Source: a virus (lineage: Duplodnaviria > Caudoviricetes). From it: DNA of 61,588 nt. Shown here in pieces: positions 27,801 to 36,605 of the stretch. The translations under genes were made by a program, and so were the position numbers. The first letter of the stretch is position 1. Every line of letters begins with the position of its first letter. Below the pieces are notes generated by a model that had not been told where the DNA came from, did not search any database, and worked only from the letters and a program-made list of their open reading frames with translations. The stretch is from IMG/VR virus record IMGVR_UViG_3300003312_000001, positions 1-61,588 of that record. One strand, 5' to 3'.

Positions 27801-27937
27801 ATCGCGGGTGGCTGATCGCTAAGGCCGGACACTTCACGACTACACAGCGCACCGGGCCGAAAGGGGACAGGTCGGAGGTCGTCCGGATGGTCTGTATCAC
27901 CCGCGAAGCGGCTGAAGGAGCCCACAATGCGCTCTAA
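24812..27937 (+). CDS. Bifunctional primase-polymerase fused to DUF927/helicase
   Basis: GWLVFP, PGKHP, ANIGLATG, VVDLD, GGGEHLLF, DVRGDGGYIIAPPS; TTGKTT Walker A, LPLILDD, SSGE. Confidence 0.92.
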   Translation: MLDTSPLDAALSYAARGWLVFPAHSITARKKCTCARTGCGSPGKHPRTVKGVLDATTDAAQIRTWWKRWPEANIGLATGAESGLVVVDLDGDIGRESLLAEAKLDLPETPISLTGGGGEHLLFRHPGARVSNRQNVCPGVDVRGDGGYIIAPPSIHETGTRYEWECSSHPDDVPVADLPGWIVDRICNGAAGSGQISSRRPKDEGPPLPAGPVINGCGWLLSQITNQPAQTEASWTGLLTIAGRLEDGERLAHEWSKQHPGYKPADTDRKLKHAREHLRPVTCNYVRHSLGGEGECADCPHWGRVKSPVVLSRLEQRKIERADLQARQAEQEQASEETDESTATEKAPAQGMRMAEAISIALDLGQQAKRDPGLLVDQQFLTALALVRSWDAANWLRVRELIRSVRVPLADITKRFPAVQLHPDDRATYSADEGAESSIPSNLVGDHLPESPAPTLQVPGGYALRWNGVIREARDQEGGAVEQHLAYAPVLITGRLRDVASHDENLLVSWRWPKQSWQSRIVPRSTLFSTRSIVQLSAIGFPVADDNSRPLVGYLHRFEAMNRPKLPCAAVSSHLGWQGKDGEAGFLAGRTLILPDGEIEDTRLVDNEKPENWSERTIQFRGQDGGDEQICDGYHAAGSLDEWCEALAELQNYPRALLALYAGLAAPLLQILGAPNFVMNWSNRTTTGKTTTLRVAGSCWGYPDERSPATSVQTWGASQVWGERASQVVQSLPLILDDTKKVAVRDQALIGQTIYMVASGRGKGRGSIHGLARTPTWRTILLSSGESPIASYSHDGGSRLRVLEVRGVPFEDQSRESEAAVKRINAAVTTHYGHAGPEFVRYLMQHRDMWPAYRDYVSEHATALGEEVPTPEAGRLAQYAAVVHLAGVIAHQALPLPWDFADPLLPLWYGIAAQVADAAPEIRAMQHVVSWAYSHSHSFHGRLPIDGISRPRPPHAVSGRWDDGEDWRWIGFYPNVLREILRIEGYEYDAVLSGWMDRGWLIAKAGHFTTTQRTGPKGDRSEVVRMVCITREAAEGAHNAL

Positions 27938-27948
27938 ACCCCGGTTTT

Positions 27949-28268
27949 GTAACCGCCCCGGATACAAAACCGAGAGGCTGTTTTTGGCCGATTTGAGCAC
28001 GTTTTCAGCCGTTCCGGGGGCTCGTAACCGTGTAACCGCTTGCGGGGGGTGTGTGCGGACAGGTGGGGGAGAGAGAGACGGAGAGAGGGAGAGAAAGAGG
28101 CTTAGGGGATTCCTTCATGTAAAGTCTCTCTCTCCCCCACCCTGTACACGGATCAGCCAAAAGTGCGGTTACGCGGTTACAGAACGCGTTTTAGGCCCGA
28201 AAACGTGCTCAAATTCTGAAAATCCGTGTAACCGCTCGCGTTCCGGCCAGGCACGCGGCTTTGTAACC
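27949..28268. other. Putative replication origin: nested palindrome with GTAACC iterons
   Basis: Seven GTAACC/GGTTAC copies; 16-bp IR 27991-28006/28199-28214; 18-bp IR 28062-28079/28124-28141. Confidence 0.75.
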
Positions 28269-28285
28269 TGGCAGGCGGTGGGGCG

Positions 28286-29974
28286 ATGAAACTGCGCCCG
28301 TACCAGGTAGACGCGGTAGACGCGATTGTGGCCGCGAAGGCGCGGGGGGTGAAGCGCGCTCTCTACTGCCTGCCCACGGGGACGGGCAAGACTCAGATCT
28401 TCGTGGGGGTGCAGTCACGGCTTGCTGTGCCGGCGCTGGTGCTGGCGCATCGTGAGGAGCTGCTGGAGCAGGCGGCTGCCCGCTTCCGCCAGGCCGATCC
28501 GTCGGTTCACGTCGGCATCGAACAGGGCGCCCGGACAGCCCCCGGGTGGAGTGGCATCATCGCCGCCAGTGTGCAGACGGTATGCCGGGGCCGGCGGCTG
28601 GAGTGGTTCAAGCCGGGCCTGATCATCGTAGACGAGGCGCATCACGCGGTCGCCAAGAGCTACGTCAACGCGCTCCACCGGTTCAATGCGTTCGCGGACG
28701 ATGGGCCGCTCGTCGTCGGATGTACAGCCACGCCGAAGCGGCTCGACCGCCTGAATCTGCAGAGCGTCTTCCAGGAGCAGGTCTACAGCTACACGATCCG
28801 GGACGCGATCAGGGATGGGTGGCTGTGCGACATCCGAGGATTCCGCGTCAAGACGACGACGGACCTGACGGGGGTGAAGCGCACAGCCGGCGACTACAAC
28901 CAGGCGCAGTTGCAGGACGCCGTGGATGTCGATGTGCGCACCGAAGACACGATCAAGCATTGGGAGCAGGTGGCCGGCGACCGGCCGACCATCGTCTTCT
29001 GCGCCGGGGTGAAGCACGCCCGGAACGCCGCCACGGCTTGGAGCGAGAAGGGCTATCCGGCCGAGCACATCCACGGTGGGATGGGGAGCGATGAGCGGCG
29101 CGCCGTGCTGGATCGCTTCCGCTCAGGTGAGACGCAGGTGCTCACGAACGTCGAGGTACTCACCGAAGGCTTCGATTACCCGGGGATCGGATGCGTTGTG
29201 ATGATGCGGCCGACGCAGAGCTGGGCGCTTTACGTGCAGTGCGTCGGCCGGGGGATGCGGCTCGCGCCCGACAAAGCGGATTGCGTCGTTATCGACGTTG
29301 TCGATAACTGCGGCCGCCACACCCTGGCGACGGTGCCCGCGATCCTCGATCTGCCGCCGTCCCTTGACCTGGAAGGGCACACCCTGGCGCAGGCCGCAGC
29401 CAAGGTCGCCGAGATCGTGGACTCAGGCGCCGGCTTCGCGGAGCTGATGGATAAGCGCCAGCCCAAGACATTCCACGATCTGAACACCATCCTCGAAACC
29501 GTCGATCTTCTGGCGGATGTGTCGATGAAGAAGGAGTGGATCGAGGCGGGGTGTAAACTTCGTTGGACCTCGTTGACGCAGAACTTATTGTTATGTATAC
29601 TGTTCACGGGTGGAGTCAAGCGAGAAGCGAGGCTGACCCGGGACCAGTTAGGCAAGTGGACCTTGACCATGCTGGAAGCCGGGAAGGTGGTTGCTCAAGG
29701 GGTCTGCCCGCTCCGGCCTGATGCGGATGAGGCGGCTGTTCTAGCCCTCTCGGATGCGAGGGTCCGGAGACAGTGGCCGGACGCTGAATGGAGCGGCGGT
29801 CACGAGGCGGTTTGGCGGTCCAGAGAGGCGACAGAGCGGCAGGTGGCGGCTCTAGTTCGGTTCGGGATCGACCGGGGGGTGGCGAGAAGCCTCACCCGGG
29901 ACAGGGCGAGTGCTCTGCTCGACCGCTTCTTTCACACAAAGCGCTCCCGGCAGCCAGCCGGAGCGAGGAGGTAG
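28286..29974 (+). CDS. SF2 DEAD/DEAH helicase (ResIII + helicase C)
   Basis: LRPYQ, PTGTGKT, DEAHH, TATP, TEGFD, QCVGRGMR. Confidence 0.93.
   Translation: MKLRPYQVDAVDAIVAAKARGVKRALYCLPTGTGKTQIFVGVQSRLAVPALVLAHREELLEQAAARFRQADPSVHVGIEQGARTAPGWSGIIAASVQTVCRGRRLEWFKPGLIIVDEAHHAVAKSYVNALHRFNAFADDGPLVVGCTATPKRLDRLNLQSVFQEQVYSYTIRDAIRDGWLCDIRGFRVKTTTDLTGVKRTAGDYNQAQLQDAVDVDVRTEDTIKHWEQVAGDRPTIVFCAGVKHARNAATAWSEKGYPAEHIHGGMGSDERRAVLDRFRSGETQVLTNVEVLTEGFDYPGIGCVVMMRPTQSWALYVQCVGRGMRLAPDKADCVVIDVVDNCGRHTLATVPAILDLPPSLDLEGHTLAQAAAKVAEIVDSGAGFAELMDKRQPKTFHDLNTILETVDLLADVSMKKEWIEAGCKLRWTSLTQNLLLCILFTGGVKREARLTRDQLGKWTLTMLEAGKVVAQGVCPLRPDADEAAVLALSDARVRRQWPDAEWSGGHEAVWRSREATERQVAALVRFGIDRGVARSLTRDRASALLDRFFHTKRSRQPAGARR
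29573..29601 (+). promoter_or_regulatory. Internal sigma70 promoter TTGACG-N17-TATACT inside the helicase CDS
   Basis: Near-consensus hexamers in a local AT-rich patch of a high-GC gene. Confidence 0.55.
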
Positions 29975-29980
29975 CACGAG

Positions 29981-30280
29981 ATGGCGCCAGCAGCGCTAAG
30001 AGCGAAATCCGGGGTCCAGGCATCCCACGCGGCATCGACCGCCATCGGGTGGTTCGACTCCCCCGAGAGCCTTCGCAGGGCTCACTGCATCTACAGCAGC
30101 GACATCGAGTTCACGTTCGAGGTCTCCGGCTGTGATCTTTACCTGACGTATTACGGCCGCGAGTTTAGCCTGACCGACGAGGATCTCGACCAGCTCATCG
30201 AGGACGGTCGGGGCGACGACGACATCTTCGAGTTGCTCGCCCTCAAGGCGACGGCCGCCCGGGATCGGAGGGTCTGGTGA
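29981..30280 (+). CDS. Hypothetical protein
   Basis: GGAGG RBS. Confidence 0.55.
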   Translation: MAPAALRAKSGVQASHAASTAIGWFDSPESLRRAHCIYSSDIEFTFEVSGCDLYLTYYGREFSLTDEDLDQLIEDGRGDDDIFELLALKATAARDRRVW

Positions 30281-30612
30281 TGTTCCCTCGCACCGGAACC
30301 CCCGTCCTGTTCCGTGGCCGGACTGGCCGCGTCGAGCGCGTCATCTACAGCCACGCCTTCGCCTGTCACCGCGCCTGGGTGCGCTGGCAAGACGGTAGCT
30401 GCTCCCTGGTCCGGGCCGAGCAGCTTGAGGCCGTCCCGTGCCCGTTCGGGTTCGGCGACCGCGTCACGAACCGCACATCCGACGACGTCGGCTCCGTGGA
30501 TCAGGTGGAGCCTGACGGCAAGGTGATCGTCTACTGGGGCCGCTCCGCCGAGCTGGACCGGTCCGCTTGGTCAATCCACCACTGGAGCGACCTGGAGAGA
30601 GCGAATGTGTAG
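30277..30612 (+). CDS. Hypothetical protein with tandem SH3/KOW-like barrels
   Basis: GTPV..GRTGRV..WVRW repeated as GDRV..VGSV..VYW. Confidence 0.55.
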   Translation: MMFPRTGTPVLFRGRTGRVERVIYSHAFACHRAWVRWQDGSCSLVRAEQLEAVPCPFGFGDRVTNRTSDDVGSVDQVEPDGKVIVYWGRSAELDRSAWSIHHWSDLERANV

Positions 30613-31126
30613 CAGCACTCACACCAATCACAGCCGGATCGGGCTGATCAAGCTCGTCCTGCGGCGCGTCCGCCTCAATGCGCAGAGCGTGACGCGGGAA
30701 GAGATCCGCGACATGGAAGCGGCCGTCGAGCTGCTCCGGATGGAGCCGGCCGGCTGCCTGCTGTCGCAGTTCATCGGGGGCAGATCGCTGGAAGGCGGGC
30801 TGGACAGCCTGTGGCGTGTGGGCCGCCTCTTGCGGATCGCGCACCAGAGGGGCGATTACGAGGCCGCGTCTTCCCTGGCCACTGTCGCGCTGTCGGCGCT
30901 GAACACGGGCGTCCTGGGCCACCGGCCGGACAGCCTGTGCGGCGGGTGCGGCGAGAGCGTGGATGGCAACGTGCTGCCGTTCTGCCCGGGCTGCGGCCGG
31001 AAGGCTTACGCCGATCCGTTCACGGACTCCGGGAGTGCCGTTCTGACGGATGGCGCGAGGCTCGCTCCGCTGGTGGAGAGCGGGGCCTACGACCTGGAAC
31101 CTGAGCTGGAAGAGGTGGCGGCATGA
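30605..31126 (+). CDS. Zn-ribbon hypothetical protein
   Basis: CGGCG...FCPGCG. Confidence 0.6.
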   Translation: MCSSTHTNHSRIGLIKLVLRRVRLNAQSVTREEIRDMEAAVELLRMEPAGCLLSQFIGGRSLEGGLDSLWRVGRLLRIAHQRGDYEAASSLATVALSALNTGVLGHRPDSLCGGCGESVDGNVLPFCPGCGRKAYADPFTDSGSAVLTDGARLAPLVESGAYDLEPELEEVAA

Positions 31127-31407
31127 AGCTACCTGACGACATCCGCAAGATGATCGACTCCGCCTACCCGGACGAGCCGCTGACCTGCGACTGTGCCCGG
31201 GAACGCGACCTGCTCACAGCCTGGACCTTCGATCTCACCGCCCGGCAGCGCGCACTGGAGAAGCGCGAGGCGGCGCTGAAAGCCGAGATGAGGGAGCGCG
31301 AGGGGTGGGTCCGAGCCTGCCTTGCGCTCTGCGTGGCGACACTCGCGGGCGTGTGGTGGGCCGGCTCGATGATCGCCGAGGCCGTGGCCAGTCAGGGGGC
31401 GAGATGA
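31123..31407 (+). CDS. Hypothetical membrane-anchored protein
   Basis: C-terminal hydrophobic helix; ATGA coupling. Confidence 0.6.
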   Translation: MKLPDDIRKMIDSAYPDEPLTCDCARERDLLTAWTFDLTARQRALEKREAALKAEMREREGWVRACLALCVATLAGVWWAGSMIAEAVASQGAR

Positions 31408-31541
31408 ACCGTCCACTCGATGAGATGAGCGGGGACGAGATTGTGATCGATCTGCTGGACACCGTCTACCGCATCATCCTGGCCGGCGAACTCGCTGTGC
31501 TCCTGGTCGTGCTGCTCTTCGTGTTCGGAGTCATCCGATGA
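31404..31541 (+). CDS. Small membrane protein
   Basis: IILAGELAVLLVVLLFVFGVI; ATGA coupling. Confidence 0.5.
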   Translation: MNRPLDEMSGDEIVIDLLDTVYRIILAGELAVLLVVLLFVFGVIR

Positions 31542-32122
31542 GCACACCCGAGACGCCCAGGGAGATTGAGGCCCGCGCCTATGCCGCCTTCTGCCGTGCC
31601 GCATCGGAGATCCGGACATCCGAGGACCGGGCAGCCGCCGAGGCGCGGCGAGACCAGGCGCGCCATGCATGGCTCACGGCCCGACGGGCTGCCAGAACGA
31701 CGGACGCCGCCACCAAGCGCGCCGAGGCTGCCGTCGCAGCAGCGAAGGGCTTGCGCGCACTCCTCTTCGCGACAGGCGGCTACGGACTGTCCGAAGTTGC
31801 CGATCTGGTGCGGGCTTACGCCGATGCCCGCGTCACCGAGTTGGCTCCCATCGAGCAGTGCTTCTGCATCCGCATCGAAGGCCGGACCGTCGGCTTCACG
31901 GACACCCGAAGCGTCCAGGGGATGCTCTTGCACTACTGGTTGCTCGATTACCCGCCTGGCTGCGAGCCGGAGTTCACGTGCAGGGTTTGCTTCGCTGGAT
32001 CTGGCGCGCCAGGCACTTGCGGGAAGTGCGGACTCGCGAGCTACTCGACCCTATCCCGCAGCCAGGTTGAGTGCTGGCTGCAGGAGCTTGCCGACGTGCT
32101 GAAAGCGAGTGCGCCGCGATGA
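31538..32122 (+). CDS. Hypothetical protein with Zn ribbon
   Basis: CRVC...CGKC. Confidence 0.6.
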   Translation: MSTPETPREIEARAYAAFCRAASEIRTSEDRAAAEARRDQARHAWLTARRAARTTDAATKRAEAAVAAAKGLRALLFATGGYGLSEVADLVRAYADARVTELAPIEQCFCIRIEGRTVGFTDTRSVQGMLLHYWLLDYPPGCEPEFTCRVCFAGSGAPGTCGKCGLASYSTLSRSQVECWLQELADVLKASAPR

Positions 32123-32592
32123 GCGACGACAAGGTTCTCATCAGCCGCCGGGCGCTGAAGGCGCTCCTGAGCGAGTTCCACTGCTGCCCATCATCCTCCT
32201 GCAGGGTGCCACGGGGGAGTGGTCACTTCGACGACTGCCCCTTCGGTGAGGCGCTCAAGACCCCCGCGCCATCCGCTACTCCCGCCGACACCGCAGCCGA
32301 GCCCGTGCAGAGCGCGCCGCCGTCAGTGGACCTGGCGGCGGAGGTGGTGATGCTGCTGCAGCGGGTGGTTGATCTGGAGGCGGAGACCGAGACACTTGAT
32401 GCGCAGGTGACCAACCGGCTGGCGGAAATGGAGACGCGCATCACGAAGCTAACTGCGGCCCACAAGAACAGCGTGCTGGACGCTGTGTCCGTAGCCGAGG
32501 CACTGAAGGAGTTCAGTGAGCATGTCGGGGGCCGTGCCGAGAGCGCGTTCAGCAGCAACTTCACATCTCGTGAGAGTGAGCCGCAGCCATGA
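32119..32592 (+). CDS. Zn-finger/coiled-coil protein, paralog of 34396
   Basis: DDKVLISRRAL...HFDDCP...DLAAEV. Confidence 0.65.
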   Translation: MSDDKVLISRRALKALLSEFHCCPSSSCRVPRGSGHFDDCPFGEALKTPAPSATPADTAAEPVQSAPPSVDLAAEVVMLLQRVVDLEAETETLDAQVTNRLAEMETRITKLTAAHKNSVLDAVSVAEALKEFSEHVGGRAESAFSSNFTSRESEPQP

Positions 32593-32945
32593 CCCAGCAG
32601 CAACCGACGCAAGAGCACCGGGCGCGGCTGGTGCGCGAGGTGCGCGCTGTCGCCGAGCATTACCGAGAGGCGTTCGCGCTCAAACCGGGCCTGACGGTGG
32701 TTGCCGATGTGCGCCTGCGCGATAGGGAAGACACGACTGTCCAGCCCGCCATCCGCTTCTTTCGCGGATTGATCAGCCTCTCGGGCCGGTCCGAGGATGA
32801 TCCGGGCGTGATCCTGATCTTTCTCACGCCGACCGGCATTGATCTGATCACCCGCGCGCTCCGCGCCGATGACAGGCCGCACTCCTGCGCCGCCATCGCC
32901 GCGATAGCGAGCATCGAGCCGCACCGGCCGAGGAGCGAGCAGTGA
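32589..32945 (+). CDS. Hypothetical protein
   Basis: ATGA coupling. Confidence 0.55.
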   Translation: MTQQQPTQEHRARLVREVRAVAEHYREAFALKPGLTVVADVRLRDREDTTVQPAIRFFRGLISLSGRSEDDPGVILIFLTPTGIDLITRALRADDRPHSCAAIAAIASIEPHRPRSEQ

Positions 32946-33051
32946 TGCGCACTTTCCGCCGCGCTGTAGCCGTTCGCGGGTTCGCGCTGCTGGGCTGGAT
33001 CTTCGGCTGCGATTTCACGCTGATGCTTCCAGGCATCTTCGAGGAGAAGAG

Positions 33052-33504
33052 ATGAGCACGGACACACGAGCAGAACTGCAGGCGGCGCTCGAACAGGCCG
33101 TCGCCTCCGTGCAGGACCCGGCGCAGCTTCTAGCGTGGCTGCGGGAGCGGGAGGAGCGGCGGGAGTTTTTTTCGTCGTGCTCGGCGTATCCCAGCGATGC
33201 CGCATATGGGGAGCTTCGCCGGTATCTCAATCGCGACTTTTCACACGATAGTGATCTCGGGGCCACTGTCTGGAAATGGGGCAGGGAGGTCCTCCTTTCA
33301 GCCACATCACGAGACACGCTGGGCCGTAGAGCAATGATTGCCGTTGGCCCCCGGATAGTCGCACCACCATGGCTCGCCAGTCTAGTCTGCGAACTAGACC
33401 GGTTCGACGACGACTGGCACCGCCACAAGAAGCGGAACACCCGCGCCGAGCTAATCGCCCTCGTGGAGCGGATCGCGGCAGAGCACGCCGAGGCAGCGCG
33501 ATGA
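33052..33504 (+). CDS. Tandem paralog A (conserved ends, variable core)
   Basis: TRAELQAALEQAVASVQDPAQLLAWLRERE...TRAELIALVERIAAEHAEA. Confidence 0.75.
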   Translation: MSTDTRAELQAALEQAVASVQDPAQLLAWLREREERREFFSSCSAYPSDAAYGELRRYLNRDFSHDSDLGATVWKWGREVLLSATSRDTLGRRAMIAVGPRIVAPPWLASLVCELDRFDDDWHRHKKRNTRAELIALVERIAAEHAEAAR

Positions 33505-33917
33505 GCGACACCACACGAGCAGACCTGCAGGCGGCGCTCGATCAGGCCGTCGCGTCCGTCCAGGACCCGGCGCAGCTCCTGGCTTGGCTGCGAGAGCGCG
33601 AGGGGCGAAGGGAGGTGTTTCACCGAATGGACGGATACCACTCGGCCTCTCACACGGAGGTCTTCCGCTTCTACAACGAGGGCGTACGGGGCGAGCTGGC
33701 CTATATTGGTCGATGGCACGGAGGAGACATCGCTGCCTTCAACTTTGGCGGTAGCCCTGCGCAAGTTGTCGTCGCGGGATCTGTGCCCGAGTGGGCAAGG
33801 CAGCTCCTCGCCTGGATCCTCGCCAGCCGCAGCCGCGGCCCCGCCACCCGCGCAGAGCTAATCGCCCTCGTCGAGCGGATCGCGGCAGAGCACGCCGAGG
33901 CACCGCCATGCGCATAG
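33501..33917 (+). CDS. Tandem paralog B (conserved ends, variable core)
   Basis: TRADLQAALDQAVASVQDPAQLLAWLRERE...TRAELIALVERIAAEHAEA. Confidence 0.75.
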   Translation: MSDTTRADLQAALDQAVASVQDPAQLLAWLREREGRREVFHRMDGYHSASHTEVFRFYNEGVRGELAYIGRWHGGDIAAFNFGGSPAQVVVAGSVPEWARQLLAWILASRSRGPATRAELIALVERIAAEHAEAPPCA

Positions 33918-34399
33918 CAGGCATCGACCCCGGCAGGACCGGCGCGATAGCGCTGGTCGAGGACGGGCGCTGCGTGGCGATCCACGATCTGCCGCACGTG
34001 CTGAGCGGCACGCAGGGCGGCAGCCGGCGCATCGACATCGTGGAACTGCGGCTGCTGCTGGCGAGCCTCGACCTGTCGGAGATCGTGATCGAGGAGCCGA
34101 CCCCCAGGCCCGGCAACAGCGCGAAGGGCGCGTGGACGAGCGGCTACGGCTTCGGCGTGATCTGCGCGACCGCTAGCGCTCTCGTGCTGCCCGTGCGCCG
34201 CGTCCTGCCCAGCCGGTGGACCGCTGCGCTACGACTGCCCGGCAAGAGCAAAGCGCCGTCGGCTGCGCGGGCGCTGGCGCTGGAGCTTTACCCGCACGCC
34301 GCGCCGATGCTGACCGGGCCGAAAGGCGGGGCGAAGGACGGGAGAGTTGACGCGCTGCTGATCGCACATTGGGGAGCGACGAAGGGAGAGGGGAGATGA
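33908..34399 (+). CDS. RuvC-like Holliday junction resolvase
   Basis: IAGIDPG, VIEE, GYGFG, PSRW, DGRVDALLIA. Confidence 0.88.
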   Translation: MRIAGIDPGRTGAIALVEDGRCVAIHDLPHVLSGTQGGSRRIDIVELRLLLASLDLSEIVIEEPTPRPGNSAKGAWTSGYGFGVICATASALVLPVRRVLPSRWTAALRLPGKSKAPSAARALALELYPHAAPMLTGPKGGAKDGRVDALLIAHWGATKGEGR

Positions 34400-34854
34400 G
34401 CATCGACGACAAGGTGACCATCAGCCGTAGGGCGCTGGAGAAGTTGGTCGAGGGCTGCGAATTGGACGTGATCATCCATTGCCTTTGGTGCAATCGGGCT
34501 GTGGGGGGCAGTGAAGGTCCGCACAATGCCGCTTGCCCCGTCGGGCAGGCGCTTGCCGCTCTCCGCGCCGCCCCCGTCCCCGACGAGGACCACGCGCCGC
34601 AGCCGCACACGCTGGACCTGGCGGCGGAGGTGCGCGCGCTGCGGTCACGTGTGGCGGCGCTGGGGCAGAATGATGACCTTCACGACAAGAGACTGCACGC
34701 ACTTGAAGCCAACAACAAAAACGCCTCGCTAGATAACCTACGCGCCATGAATGCGCTGCAGGAGTTTTACGAGACGGCATCGGCCGCCGCAGAAAGCGCG
34801 AACCGGCGCTGCTTCACATCCAGCGTCACGATGCCGGACGAGGCGGGCGAATGA
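34396..34854 (+). CDS. Zn-finger/coiled-coil protein, paralog of 32119
   Basis: DDKVTISRRAL...CLWC...HNAACP...DLAAEV. Confidence 0.65.
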   Translation: MSIDDKVTISRRALEKLVEGCELDVIIHCLWCNRAVGGSEGPHNAACPVGQALAALRAAPVPDEDHAPQPHTLDLAAEVRALRSRVAALGQNDDLHDKRLHALEANNKNASLDNLRAMNALQEFYETASAAAESANRRCFTSSVTMPDEAGE

Positions 34855-35165
34855 CCACACGGCTTGAGATCGCGCTAGAGGCGCTGCGTGAGATCGCGGC
34901 CCACGATCCGCACATCGCCGTCTACCGCTGCTCCTGCTGGAAGCGGGCGGAGCAAGCGCTGGCCGACATCGCCGCCGCGCCGCCGGAGATCGTACTGACG
35001 CGCGAGGAGGCGGAGCTGTGTGTTCAGGCGATGGCCGTGGCAAACGGCGACTTCAGATGCCTCTCCGACACCGATCTTATCGGAGTCTGCACATTGCGAG
35101 CCCGGCTCTCTGAAGCGCTCTACCGGTGGCGACAGGCAGACATGGAGGCGAAGGAGACGGAATGA
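34851..35165 (+). CDS. Hypothetical protein
   Basis: ATGA coupling. Confidence 0.6.
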   Translation: MTTRLEIALEALREIAAHDPHIAVYRCSCWKRAEQALADIAAAPPEIVLTREEAELCVQAMAVANGDFRCLSDTDLIGVCTLRARLSEALYRWRQADMEAKETE

Positions 35166-35563
35166 CGAGCACGGACCGCATCCCCGTGATGCTCACGCTC
35201 GACGAGGCGGAGACGCTCCTAGAGCTGGGGCTAGAGCACCACGGAACCCGCTGCATGGAGTGCCGCGCCTACTGGCACGACGAGACCGGATACGACCACG
35301 ATCCCGGCTGCACGCTGCTCAGCCTCCGAAAGGCTGCGCAAGCAGCGCTGCCTGACACGCCGAGGAACCGGGCTTACGCGGAGTATCTCGACGCACAGGC
35401 CGAGGCGGCGAGCGCTACCACGGCGCGCGCGATAGCCAGGCGAGACGAGATCGGGATCGACCAGGCACAAGCGCGCCTAGAGGCAGCCTGGAAGCGAGAG
35501 GCCGAGATACGCGCACGCTACGAGGCGATACGCGCAGCAGAGGCGGAAGGCGGGGAGCGATGA
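35162..35563 (+). CDS. CxxC...HxxxC protein with helical C-terminus
   Basis: CMEC...HDPGC. Confidence 0.6.
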   Translation: MTSTDRIPVMLTLDEAETLLELGLEHHGTRCMECRAYWHDETGYDHDPGCTLLSLRKAAQAALPDTPRNRAYAEYLDAQAEAASATTARAIARRDEIGIDQAQARLEAAWKREAEIRARYEAIRAAEAEGGER

Positions 35564-35835
35564 CGACGCGCGTGACCCTGACCCCTGACGAGCTGGCCGG
35601 CGGGCAAGCCTTGGGGGCTTACGTCAAAGCGCAGGATGAGCTTGATGCAGCCTGCCGCCATCTGGAACGCATGGAGATCGAGCGCCCTGATGGCATTGGG
35701 AAGGCAGAGTGGCGAATGCATAGGGCCCTGCGGCGACGCAACCGGGCATACGCTGCTTACCGAGCGGCTTGGGATGCGGCGCAAGCGGCGATACGTGCAG
35801 CAGAGGCAGCAGAGGCGGAAGGCGGCGAGCGATGA
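35560..35835 (+). CDS. Hypothetical helical protein sharing a C-terminus with 35162
   Basis: RNRAYA...AIRAAEAEGGER-like end in both. Confidence 0.6.
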   Translation: MTTRVTLTPDELAGGQALGAYVKAQDELDAACRHLERMEIERPDGIGKAEWRMHRALRRRNRAYAAYRAAWDAAQAAIRAAEAAEAEGGER

Positions 35836-36008
35836 GAACAGTTCGCGAATGCACTGAGTGCGGGGAGCGCGAGATCCCTGACTTTCACTACGTCATCGGC
35901 GGGTTCGTGTGGGTCGATGGCGAGGTGCTCTGTGAGTCGTGCTGGGGCGAGCGGAAGATCATCCGCAAGCTGCTGGATGAAGCAGCATCAGCCGAAGCCG
36001 ACCGATGA
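35832..36008 (+). CDS. Small Zn-finger protein
   Basis: CTECG...LCESCW. Confidence 0.55.
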   Translation: MRTVRECTECGEREIPDFHYVIGGFVWVDGEVLCESCWGERKIIRKLLDEAASAEADR

Positions 36009-36442
36009 ATCGCCCACTCTCACCGCAACACGAAGCGCTCGCCGTGCTCGATGGCCTCTATCGCCTGGTGGAGACGCCGGAGCCGATGGTGCGCTGGGTT
36101 CTCCAGAACTTCACGCTGGACGGCGCCCACGACAGCTTCGAACCGATCACCGGCGAAGAAGCGTTTTACACGTGGGTCGATCACTGCATCCACACGGCGC
36201 CCGATGGGTATCTGGTCGAACGAGTTGTCAACGGGATCGAGATGCGCGCCCCAGGCGGCCGCCGATACAGCTTTTCGTGGTCGCCATGGGTCTGGCGGTT
36301 CTTCAAGCGACACTACCGCAACCGCGAAGAGCTACTCGACGAGTTCGAGAACTACCTCGACTCCATCCTGATTGACGCTGCCTTTGATGACGCCGGCCCG
36401 ACTCAGGTTGCTGCCGGCAACCCCTGGAAGGTAGTGCGATGA
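36005..36442 (+). CDS. Hypothetical protein
   Basis: ATGA coupling. Confidence 0.6.
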   Translation: MNRPLSPQHEALAVLDGLYRLVETPEPMVRWVLQNFTLDGAHDSFEPITGEEAFYTWVDHCIHTAPDGYLVERVVNGIEMRAPGGRRYSFSWSPWVWRFFKRHYRNREELLDEFENYLDSILIDAAFDDAGPTQVAAGNPWKVVR

Positions 36443-36605
36443 TCCCTGACGCAGCTACGACACCCTACGAGGCCTGGGCGAAGGACGCCCGGCTGCGGGA
36501 GCCCGCCACGGTCACCGTCGGCGACGGCTGGCGGATGACCTGGAGCCACCGCCTCCCCGCCGCCGGCTACCGGCTGTCCGTGGGGCGAGTGCAGGAGGCC
36601 CAGCA

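Noticed and set aside
26453-28000. Long antisense ORFs (e.g. 515 aa here, 44084-45328, 58761-60104)
   Set aside because: Shadow ORFs of high-GC coding strands with no motifs
27927-28289. 120-aa CDS between replicase and helicase
   Set aside because: Sequence is explained by the palindrome and iterons; coding not excluded but unsupported
33052-33917. Diversity-generating retroelement TR/VR pair
   Set aside because: No reverse transcriptase in the genome; mismatches are synonymous rather than adenine-specific
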